Source: Escherichia phage SUT_E1620. From it: a DNA stretch of 64,000 nucleotides. The stretch's first letter is position 1; the number at the start of each line of letters is the position of its first letter. The notes below the pieces were generated by a model. The model was given only the letters and a program-made list of their open reading frames with translations, made no database searches and had not been told where the DNA came from. The stretch lies in sequence record OQ939939; one strand, written 5' to 3'. Positions 21,254 to 29,281 of this stretch are shown here, piece by piece. A program made the position numbers and the translations under genes.

Positions 21254-21290
21254 AATAAAACCCCAGTGGACAATCCACTGGGGTTTTTTA
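21252..21290. terminator. bidirectional intrinsic terminator at the boundary of convergent late (+) and early (-) units
   Basis: A-rich tract, hairpin CCCCAGTGGA-CAA-TCCACTGGGG, then T6. Confidence 0.8.
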
Positions 21291-21563
21291 TTACTCTTTA
21301 CTGCCTGCGATAATACCTAAGTTATATACGGCAAGCATAGCCCTAAGGGTAGGATCTTGAGACTCAGAACACAGTTTAATAAAACCTTCTTCATCCCATT
21401 GCTCTACATTGCCAAACATATCCACTTTTAATACTACCTTATCAAGGGTAGGGGGTGCTACAATCACATCATAGAAATTCGGGTGTTGATTAACATCAAT
21501 CTCTATTTGATTAGGATCAGCAAAATTATTTACTTCCTGAGCTTCCAAAGCCGCCTTCTCCAC
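21291..21563 (-). CDS. hypothetical protein
   Basis: 90 aa ORF downstream of dut on - strand; annotated start overlaps dut 3' end, so real start is probably internal. Confidence 0.3.
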   Translation of the reverse strand: MEKAALEAQEVNNFADPNQIEIDVNQHPNFYDVIVAPPTLDKVVLKVDMFGNVEQWDEEGFIKLCSESQDPTLRAMLAVYNLGIIAGSKE

Positions 21564-21972
21564 GATTAGTCTCCTCTAGTTCGTCAACGATTTCAAAATG
21601 ATGAGTTGAGTAGTGTGGTAGTACCACTAACTGACAAAGTCTCTCGAAATTCTCCAGAGTTTGCATTTCAGAACCATAGTTATAAAGGTTCATCTTAATA
21701 GTACCACGGTAGTCTGAGTCGATCACTCCTGCGGTGTTTGCGATCATTAGTTTACGCTTACCTAAAGAGCTGCGAGGAACTACCAAACCAAACCAACCTC
21801 GCGGAATTTCCACCGCGACACCGGTGTCAATCATAAGGGATTTGCCTGGTGCAATAGCACGTAAATCTGCCGCAAGGTTAGTACCAAAGAATGCACGCAG
21901 ATCCATACCTGCGGCATCATCAGAACCAATCCTCGGCATGCAATCTGGATGAGTTAGTTTAATTTTAATCAT
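21526..21972 (-). CDS. dut: dUTP diphosphatase
   Basis: 148 aa; dUTPase motifs (AGMDLRA, GVIDSDYRG); coupled to upstream gene via ATGA overlap. Confidence 0.8.
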   Translation of the reverse strand: MIKIKLTHPDCMPRIGSDDAAGMDLRAFFGTNLAADLRAIAPGKSLMIDTGVAVEIPRGWFGLVVPRSSLGKRKLMIANTAGVIDSDYRGTIKMNLYNYGSEMQTLENFERLCQLVVLPHYSTHHFEIVDELEETNRGEGGFGSSGSK

Positions 21973-22844
21973 TGTCCTGCGATCTCCAAAATATCTTTCG
22001 TAAACTTATCTAATACGTCTTGACCCACAGCAGCAATAGCATCTACACAATAGGTCGGTAAATCAACCAGAATCAGATTTCGGAAAAGCAACTCCTCCGA
22101 TGCGTTCAGATTCTGTATATATTTCTGTTTCCCAGGCAGAGGGAGTTGATCAATAATATCCAGAACATTACCAAATTCACGGATAATATTATAACCACGT
22201 TTTGCACCGATGCCTTCAACACCACGGATGTTATCACCAAGATCTCCCATAATTGCTTTCAGAGAGATAAACTGATCTACATCGTCAACGTTATGATGTT
22301 CATACATATCACGAAGATGGTACTCACGACGTGTGGTGAAGGAGAAGCGAGAAACTCGATCAGTTAATAGAGTATCCCAGTCACCATCAGTAGAGATCAG
22401 CCAAACGTGATCATATAAATGACCAATGAGCTTAACAACATAAGCTGCCATATCGTCTGCTTCTACACCACGAATAGTGAAAGTTGGGAATGTGGTTTCA
22501 CACAACTCGAAAGCATCACGAAGATACTCGAAGAACTGTTCATCTAGTGCTTTCTCTTCTTCTGTACGTTGAGCATACTTTTCATCACGGTTGCCCTTAT
22601 AATCAGGAAGGTGCTCTAAACGGAATACAGACTTTCCTTTATCACCGAGAACGATTGTAGTTCTAGCTGAGTAGGATTTTGCGAGAGATTGAATTGTAGA
22701 AACATAACTTGAAGCGAAGGGTTTCTTACTATTATTATGTTTGAAGCGGAAGCCTAAGTTAGTTCCATCAACAATCATTAGGTTGCGACGAGAAGCCAGC
22801 TCAGCTTCTTCCTCTTCAATAAATTTTCCCCAGGATTTACTCAT
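21969..22844 (-). CDS. flap endonuclease / 5'-3' exonuclease (T5 D15)
   Basis: 291 aa; N-terminus MSKSWGKFIEEEE... and acidic metal-binding clusters match the T5 5'-exonuclease family as I recall it. Confidence 0.85.
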   Translation of the reverse strand: MSKSWGKFIEEEEAELASRRNLMIVDGTNLGFRFKHNNSKKPFASSYVSTIQSLAKSYSARTTIVLGDKGKSVFRLEHLPDYKGNRDEKYAQRTEEEKALDEQFFEYLRDAFELCETTFPTFTIRGVEADDMAAYVVKLIGHLYDHVWLISTDGDWDTLLTDRVSRFSFTTRREYHLRDMYEHHNVDDVDQFISLKAIMGDLGDNIRGVEGIGAKRGYNIIREFGNVLDIIDQLPLPGKQKYIQNLNASEELLFRNLILVDLPTYCVDAIAAVGQDVLDKFTKDILEIAGQ

Positions 22845-23326
22845 TATTTAATTAAGTCCTCAACAGATGCGTGATGTAACCACGGTTCGAATAACCCGAT
22901 TACGATTTCTATGTCTTTCTTATTTAACACCATATGGGTACGACTCATTAAGTTGTCGACCATAGGGTCTGAGCTATCCAAAGCAATTAACCACTGTCCT
23001 CTGTCTTTCTTGAATATTAAGGCTGGTTTGGAGTTCATCTGTTCACCTTCACGGGAACACTGCTGCCACCACTTCTCTAGAGTGGATTCACCAACGTTAA
23101 ATAAATTACTTGATATGTTATCATCTTTATACCACTTAACTTCGAAGCAGTATTTACTAATGTGTCCGCTTTGTGGTGGAAGGTAGATGTCACCCTTCAG
23201 TCCATGGCTCTGGCCAAAAGCACCAGAACCTGGAACACGTTCCCACTCAAGACCTGTACGTTCACGTAGTATATCTCTTACCTGATATTCCCCACGTTTA
23301 CCTTTCTCTCTACTATCTACGGCCAT
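22844..23326 (-). CDS. PD-(D/E)xK nuclease-like protein (Holliday-junction-resolvase-like)
   Basis: 160 aa; N-terminal GKRGEYQVRDIL...GSG...GDIYL...FEVKW pattern resembles Hjc-type resolvases. Confidence 0.4.
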   Translation of the reverse strand: MAVDSREKGKRGEYQVRDILRERTGLEWERVPGSGAFGQSHGLKGDIYLPPQSGHISKYCFEVKWYKDDNISSNLFNVGESTLEKWWQQCSREGEQMNSKPALIFKKDRGQWLIALDSSDPMVDNLMSRTHMVLNKKDIEIVIGLFEPWLHHASVEDLIK

Positions 23327-23329
23327 GTT

Positions 23330-25243
23330 TTATTCTAAGTAGGAAAATCCTTCTGCATCTTTTTTAACAGTAATCTTATGGGCTAATGGATGCGTATGCC
23401 CATGAGAAACAATGATAGAATTCAGACTATCTTCCTCATTTAATAATTCAACGAGAGTATCAAGTCCTTTCGTATCAATAAAGCTAATAACTTCGTCAAG
23501 GAACAGAAGATTAATATTAACTTTACTAATAGATGTTAACAGCATTCGAATAGCTAACAGAGTTGCTAGGTTAATTCTACTCTGCTGACCAGTAGAGCAG
23601 TTCTCCATACTGGTACGGTTTCCATCATTGAAGATTACTACTTGTAATTTAGTTTCATCAAGCTCAAATCCAAGTGCGAACTTACCACCAGTCATAATAG
23701 AAAGATATTTATTAATCAATTCCTCAAATACTTTCACACTATGTTCTAGTTTATATCCTACCAGATTTTTCAATGCAGCAATCAGAATATCAAGATCAGC
23801 AACAGCTTCTGATACTCCATCCAGTTTGGACGTTATCTCAGACATTTCTGCCTCAGCTTTTTCAATCTGTTCTAGTTTCGCTTTATACTTTGCATTGGCT
23901 AACTCGACATTTGCATTATGCTCTTTGGCAATTGCAACTTTAGAACGTCCATCAGCGATTTCCTGTTCTAATTGTCGGATTTGCACCTGTAGGATTTGCA
24001 CATTGAGTTCTTCAAAAGAAGCGTCACTCATTGAATTTTTGAACTCGTCTCTAGCTGCTACTGCCTTATCCAAAGCATCCTTAGCTCTAGTATACGCAGT
24101 GTACTCGACTTGTTCTTTCTTCAACTGCTCCAATGTAGCTTCAAGAGATTGTTTCTCTTTGAACAGAGGATCGTATTCTGTTCTAGCCATATCCATTGCT
24201 TTTTGAGCAGCAGTTGTATCAAGATGCGTACCACAAGTAGGACATTCAGTATTTGAAGCCTCTTGCTTAAACTTCTGATAACGTTTCTTGACTTCTCCCG
24301 CACGTGAGGTAACAATCGTTAAGTCACGCGTAACACTTGAGATCTCTTCAGATTGGTCAGTGGGCGCAGGGAAATTTTTGAAAGGCTCGAAAGATTGTTC
24401 GGCAACTTGTACAGCTTTGTCCAAATTACGGAGTTTAGTAATATTAGCCTCTTGTGACTTGGCTAATGCCGCCTTAATTTTCGATTCAGTAAGTTCTTGT
24501 GCTAACGGTTCTTCATCAAATTCTGGAACTTCAACTGGCTCCTGTAAACTTCCGAGATTACCTTTTCCATTGAGGATCTTCGTAATTACGGCCATCTGGC
24601 CTTGCAAGTTACTTAACGTACTTGCCACTTCTTTACGATCAGCCTTAATAGTTTCTGACATCTCTTTATACTGTTCCTGATTGAACAGATTAACAAGAAA
24701 AGCTTTACGTGTTGCATCAGTTGCTTTGAGGAAGTCTAGATTGGAACCAACAGATTGATAGATTAGTTTAGTGAATGTTTGGAAGTCACCACCCATAATC
24801 TCTTCAATCATCTTGTACGTTTGAGTTGCTGTGTGTCCACTGATATCTTCTCCATTCTTAATCAGTGTAACCTTAGCAGTTGATTTAACTACTTTATGCA
24901 ATTCATACTCATCTTCATCTTTCGAGAAGTAAGCATGCATATCATACTCTTTCTTCGGAGAACCCCAAGAGAATAGGGCGTCCTTCTTGATACCACGTGA
25001 GTTCTTGTTATAAAACAATTCCTCAATAACAGTAGCAATAGTGGACTTCCCTAGACCGTTTCCTCCGATTAACTGAGTAACTGGATTCTTATCGAAATGA
25101 ATTACGATATCCTTACCGTAAGACATAACGTTGCTGAATTTTAGTGTCTTAATTATAATCTTTGACATATTTAGCAGCTCTAGCCAAGATTCTATCAATG
25201 TCGTCTTGAGACAGCTTTTCAACTTCACGGAAGTAAAGCTCAA
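23330..25243 (-). CDS. SbcC/Rad50-like recombination ATPase
   Basis: Walker A GGNGLGKST near N-terminus, CPTCG zinc-hook-like motif mid-protein, coiled coil, C-terminal LLFLDEV; true start may be the internal MSKIIIKTLKF about 25 codons in. Confidence 0.75.
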   Translation of the reverse strand: MSFTSVKLKSCLKTTLIESWLELLNMSKIIIKTLKFSNVMSYGKDIVIHFDKNPVTQLIGGNGLGKSTIATVIEELFYNKNSRGIKKDALFSWGSPKKEYDMHAYFSKDEDEYELHKVVKSTAKVTLIKNGEDISGHTATQTYKMIEEIMGGDFQTFTKLIYQSVGSNLDFLKATDATRKAFLVNLFNQEQYKEMSETIKADRKEVASTLSNLQGQMAVITKILNGKGNLGSLQEPVEVPEFDEEPLAQELTESKIKAALAKSQEANITKLRNLDKAVQVAEQSFEPFKNFPAPTDQSEEISSVTRDLTIVTSRAGEVKKRYQKFKQEASNTECPTCGTHLDTTAAQKAMDMARTEYDPLFKEKQSLEATLEQLKKEQVEYTAYTRAKDALDKAVAARDEFKNSMSDASFEELNVQILQVQIRQLEQEIADGRSKVAIAKEHNANVELANAKYKAKLEQIEKAEAEMSEITSKLDGVSEAVADLDILIAALKNLVGYKLEHSVKVFEELINKYLSIMTGGKFALGFELDETKLQVVIFNDGNRTSMENCSTGQQSRINLATLLAIRMLLTSISKVNINLLFLDEVISFIDTKGLDTLVELLNEEDSLNSIIVSHGHTHPLAHKITVKKDAEGFSYLE

Positions 25244-26126
25244 GCTCGCCTAACATATCAAGATCAACAAGATTTAACTTAGCATCTTTAGTAACTCGAT
25301 GGTTAATCTTTTTATCTAAGAGATCAGAATCTTTAATAGACTTTAACTGAACGACGTCACCAGTGACTTCATAAATTACACGGTCATAGTCACTAGGCTC
25401 CATTTCCTCACCAACTCCGATTGTTTTACGAATCAGTTGTGGTAAGTCACCAAGTTCAATCCATTCTACTTTTAATGTGTCGGTATCAATGATAAAACAA
25501 CCATTTGTACCTTTTGTTCGTTCTCTATGGAACGATGTAGTTAATGGAGATCCTGGATAAAGAAGTCTAGTAGAACCAACAGTTTGACTATTAGTATAAG
25601 AATGTAAATCGCCAGCAATTACAGTGTCATAACAGTTATACCTCGTTAGATCAATCTCTGGTTTTACATGTGGAGGGATTTCACCACGAACATGCGTGAA
25701 ACATAGTTTTGATTCAGATGGTTTCCACTTTGGTTTGTGGATTTCATCATAAGGGATAATATCAAATTCAGGAGAACGATATGGTTTAGTAATGACTTCC
25801 CAATTTCCGTTTGTTACTTTATTAATAACTCCTGCATAATGATACAGACATGAAATAGTTTTAGTTAACATTTCATGGTTCCCAGTGAAGATCTTGCCTG
25901 AATGGTCAAGTCTTGACATGAACTGTTCAAGAAGTTCTATTTCTTCCGACGATGGGTCGGCAACATCAAGAATATCACCACCAGCAATATGCAGATCACA
26001 GTTATGATTATGGAATATGTCATTTAACCGTTCTCCTAGCATCAGGAAGCGACGCTTCTGCCATTCCTTTGGAACTTTATCTTGTCCTAATTTGATATGA
26101 TGATCAGCACTAAATAGTATTCTCAT
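25149..26126 (-). CDS. SbcD/Mre11-like nuclease
   Basis: 325 aa; calcineurin-like phosphoesterase motifs (DHH, GNHE); adjacent to SbcC-like gene. Confidence 0.75.
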   Translation of the reverse strand: MRILFSADHHIKLGQDKVPKEWQKRRFLMLGERLNDIFHNHNCDLHIAGGDILDVADPSSEEIELLEQFMSRLDHSGKIFTGNHEMLTKTISCLYHYAGVINKVTNGNWEVITKPYRSPEFDIIPYDEIHKPKWKPSESKLCFTHVRGEIPPHVKPEIDLTRYNCYDTVIAGDLHSYTNSQTVGSTRLLYPGSPLTTSFHRERTKGTNGCFIIDTDTLKVEWIELGDLPQLIRKTIGVGEEMEPSDYDRVIYEVTGDVVQLKSIKDSDLLDKKINHRVTKDAKLNLVDLDMLGELELYFREVEKLSQDDIDRILARAAKYVKDYN

Positions 26127-26129
26127 AAG

Positions 26130-26158
26130 TTAAAAAGAAAGGGAGCCGTAGCTCCCCT
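26130..26158 (-). terminator. intrinsic terminator after SSB-like gene
   Basis: GGGAGC-CGTA-GCTCCC hairpin with U tract on - strand. Confidence 0.6.
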
Positions 26159-26165
26159 TGGTTTA

Positions 26166-26939
26166 TTAGTCGTCCAGATCGCTAGCAGCTTCAGCGTCGA
26201 TGCCTTTCTGAGAACCAGCATCACCACCAGACTTAGCGTCACCGCCGTCTTGCTTCTCACGACCTTCCATGAAGGCGAGAATAGCTTCTTTCTGCTCTTC
26301 ATAGGACGGAACCGGGTAGGTTTCTTCCAGAGAAGGAACTTTTTCGAACTTGATGAACTCACCAGTATCATCACACATAGCTTCACCGAGGATATCAACA
26401 TCAGCGGCGTGCAGTTTAGACTCAGCACTGGTAGGATCTTTCAGTTTCATCTGGAACTGCATTGCTGCGATCTGCTGTACATCGTACTCAGTATCGAAGC
26501 CTTTACCTTTCTTCTCGATAGAAATATCGATATCGAATGGATCTGCCAGTTCAAGCTGCTTCATGATAGACTGGATGCCTTTCAGGATAGTAGCTTTAAC
26601 TTCCATAACTTTCAGTTTGTTATCGGAACGGTCGATAACGAAAGCAATGTAGTTTTTCTTCGGTTTCAGCGGAACACGATTACCATCTTTGTCCAGCTCT
26701 TTCTCGAAGAAGCCCATTTCGTGAATCGGGTCAGCTTTACCGCGAACGAAGCTCTCTTTAGTACGGTTGAAACGCAGACACTCAAACGGAGCTGCATTAC
26801 CATCTTTGTTAGTCAGCCAGTAGACATAACGTGGAAGAACACCAGAAACGATACGAACACGAGTTACACCGTTGTTGAATTTCAGGAAGTCGATTTTATC
26901 GTTAGAACCGCCAGTAGTTTCGCCCCAAGACTTAGCCAT
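26166..26939 (-). CDS. putative ssDNA-binding protein
   Basis: 257 aa; host-like codon usage; strongly acidic C-terminal tail (...AEAASDLDD) typical of SSBs; followed by terminator. Confidence 0.4.
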   Translation of the reverse strand: MAKSWGETTGGSNDKIDFLKFNNGVTRVRIVSGVLPRYVYWLTNKDGNAAPFECLRFNRTKESFVRGKADPIHEMGFFEKELDKDGNRVPLKPKKNYIAFVIDRSDNKLKVMEVKATILKGIQSIMKQLELADPFDIDISIEKKGKGFDTEYDVQQIAAMQFQMKLKDPTSAESKLHAADVDILGEAMCDDTGEFIKFEKVPSLEETYPVPSYEEQKEAILAFMEGREKQDGGDAKSGGDAGSQKGIDAEAASDLDD

Positions 26940-27294
26940 ATTTTATTTCCTCTTTAAAGATTATCTTCGATTTATTGATTGCAATTAGTGGGTTAGTGTC
27001 GATTACAGAACGTGGTATCCATATGGGGACATATTGCATGTCTAAACTCGGATCGTTTGTAAACTTATATTCGGCATAATTTCGTAGACTTAGAATTCCT
27101 AGATATTCTGCCAGTTGTCTATTAGACAATTTGTAAGGGTTATCAACAATAGTTGATTCATTCAAGATGAATGAAGAACCGACCAGTAACTGGTGAGCAT
27201 CAGGCTCTGCAAGCATTCTATTAAATAGCTTGACAATCAGGTCGGAGTTTCCTCTAGCTAAGAGGTAAATTCTCTCGTAATCAAAGAATTTCAT
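26932..27294 (-). CDS. hypothetical protein
   Basis: 120 aa; preceded by two tandem T5-type promoters. Confidence 0.4.
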   Translation of the reverse strand: MKFFDYERIYLLARGNSDLIVKLFNRMLAEPDAHQLLVGSSFILNESTIVDNPYKLSNRQLAEYLGILSLRNYAEYKFTNDPSLDMQYVPIWIPRSVIDTNPLIAINKSKIIFKEEIKYG

Positions 27295-27321
27295 TTTTGT
27301 CTCTCATCAATTTATGTATAT

Positions 27322-27350
27322 ATTATACATTAAATAGGGAGGATTTGACA
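27322..27350 (-). promoter_or_regulatory. promoter for 120-aa gene / SSB-like unit
   Basis: TTGTCA-17-TATAAT on - strand. Confidence 0.5.
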
Positions 27351-27434
27351 AGTACAATTTTTATTTTTCTGCTTCGGACTTTCTTATCAATCCGAAACTT
27401 TCTCTCTCAAATTTATGTGTATATTATACAATAA

Positions 27435-27463
27435 TTATGAGCAGTTGCCAAATGCAATTTTAG
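27435..27463 (-). promoter_or_regulatory. second tandem promoter, overlapping helicase gene 3' end
   Basis: TTGGCA-17-TATAAT followed by CATAAATTTGAGAGAG box. Confidence 0.5.
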
Positions 27464-28787
27464 CTAATTGTACTGCTTTCTCCGGAGTCATAGTAATAGT
27501 TTTCCATGCATTATTGCGATACACGGCCATACGTCCAGAAGCCTGTCTTAAACCAGTACCTCCTTTCATAATTAAATCTACAACAATCGGATCTAGCTTT
27601 CCGTCAACAATACGTTGAACGCGGCCTGCTAACTGTTCTATGAGAGATTCATTATTAATGAGACTTCCCATTATTAAACAAGACAGCTCGTTAAGAGAAA
27701 TACCTTCTGAGAAGATACTCTGAGCTGCTGCAAGCACACAGGGTCCGCCCTCCGCTACATCTTTCTGGATTCTCAATCGGTCATCCAAAGGAGTTGCACC
27801 TATAATCTCATAGGTTGTAACACCACGTTGAGCGAGAGCTTCTAGTATTGTTTGAATTAGTTCTGTTCTATCACTTACAAAGAGAACCTTATGCCCCATA
27901 GACACATATAAATGTGCTAAGTTTATAATAGTTTCCCGATATTCAGGATGATTATACACATCGTTAGCACGTAATGCCCACGGTACGTTCTGGTTTCCTG
28001 ATAATTCTACAGGCACGGAGTACCTATGGATTGTGGGTGGAACAGTATTATTAACCGGAGGACTAAAGATCTTATATCCAAAGAAGTCTTTGAACATAAC
28101 TTGTAGCCCATCTTTACGTTTTAATGTACCTGATAGACCGATCTTGTAGCGAGCACATGAGATCTCTAGGAAATTAGTGAAAGTTGTAGCTACACAGTGG
28201 TGAACTTCATCAACTATAACAGTACCGAATACCTTAGAAAGATTATTCGCATGTTTGTTCACTGTTTGTATATTACTGACCACGATTGGTGGATCAATGT
28301 TATACTTTCCAGAACCTATAATACCCGGCTCGAATCCAAACCATTTACGAACTTCTGCAGCCCACATTTCACGAATGGATGTGTTAGTGCAGATTACCAG
28401 AGTTTTCTGGCCAAACTTATATGCAAGAGCTAGAGCTAGGATAGTTTTACCAAATCCAGGCTTACCATTGATAATACAAGTATCATCGCACTCTTCATAT
28501 ATAGGAAGCTGATCTTCCTCACGTAGCTTGAACTGAGGTTCTGGTATTTCTACCGGAGCTAACGTGCGTTTGTCAACTAATTCGTATTTTACTCCCTTAG
28601 CATCTAGTAAATCTAGACGCGTAATGGGAATCCACTTAATCTCTTTAGCAACAACACCACTATTCTTATACATAATAGGGTATTTACTAGTCATTGTCTC
28701 GATGTGATAAGTGGTTTGTTTACTACAGTAATCCCAGAGTTCATCATCGGGCTTGAAATAGGCTTTATTAGATATAACAACCTTCAT
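27435..28787 (-). CDS. SF2 DNA helicase (T5 D10-like)
   Basis: 450 aa; Walker A GKPGFGKT, DEAH-like VIVDEVHH, C-terminal helicase domain. Confidence 0.7.
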   Translation of the reverse strand: MKVVISNKAYFKPDDELWDYCSKQTTYHIETMTSKYPIMYKNSGVVAKEIKWIPITRLDLLDAKGVKYELVDKRTLAPVEIPEPQFKLREEDQLPIYEECDDTCIINGKPGFGKTILALALAYKFGQKTLVICTNTSIREMWAAEVRKWFGFEPGIIGSGKYNIDPPIVVSNIQTVNKHANNLSKVFGTVIVDEVHHCVATTFTNFLEISCARYKIGLSGTLKRKDGLQVMFKDFFGYKIFSPPVNNTVPPTIHRYSVPVELSGNQNVPWALRANDVYNHPEYRETIINLAHLYVSMGHKVLFVSDRTELIQTILEALAQRGVTTYEIIGATPLDDRLRIQKDVAEGGPCVLAAAQSIFSEGISLNELSCLIMGSLINNESLIEQLAGRVQRIVDGKLDPIVVDLIMKGGTGLRQASGRMAVYRNNAWKTITMTPEKAVQLAKIAFGNCS

Positions 28788-29281
28788 AATTTTATTCTAA
28801 GTCTAGGAATTTCAGGCTCCTCTTGATGGACTTGATAAATAACAGGGCTATTATTTACCAGAATATAGCTTATATAAGCTGGAACATAGGATAGCACGAA
28901 TGGATACGGGACTTTAGCCACATAGCATTGATACTTTCCATTATAAATTCTTGCAGAATGCAGAACTTTAGATGTGCTAACATCATAGAACGTAGTTTTC
29001 TTCCAGTTAATGAGATTTCCATCAGAATCTATGAACTGGCTACGCTTTGACCCAACTAATTGGGACAACATTGATATTCTACCACGAATAGGATAGAGCT
29101 TATAAGGTAATTCTTTCCGCTTCTCAAATAAGGCTAACCTACGTTGAGAGAATGTGCCAGGCAACTCCCTGTTATCTAACACATATTTATTATATCTTGT
29201 TGTAATTATGGAATAATCACCTTCCTGCTCAATTGATACAAACGCCCGTAAAGCATATACGGGCAATTTGAAATCAAGCAC
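28784..29281 (-). CDS. hypothetical protein
   Basis: 165 aa; coupled between polymerase and helicase genes. Confidence 0.35.
   Translation of the reverse strand: MLDFKLPVYALRAFVSIEQEGDYSIITTRYNKYVLDNRELPGTFSQRRLALFEKRKELPYKLYPIRGRISMLSQLVGSKRSQFIDSDGNLINWKKTTFYDVSTSKVLHSARIYNGKYQCYVAKVPYPFVLSYVPAYISYILVNNSPVIYQVHQEEPEIPRLRIKL

Noticed and set aside
23628-24680. Plus-strand ORFs of 192 and 130 aa inside the SbcC-like gene
   Set aside because: Antisense to a well-supported gene; low-complexity Ser/Ala/Leu-rich translations typical of the reverse strand of coiled-coil coding sequence; no promoter or SD.
26250-26957. Plus-strand 235-aa and 100-aa ORFs opposite the SSB-like gene
   Set aside because: Antisense shadow ORFs in a codon-biased gene; no start context; the sense-strand gene has a terminator, SD and host-like codon usage.
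27360-27400. Hairpin TTCGGA-N12-TCCGAA as an intrinsic terminator
   Set aside because: No U tract on either strand after the stem; it lies between two tandem promoters and is more likely part of the leader than a terminator.
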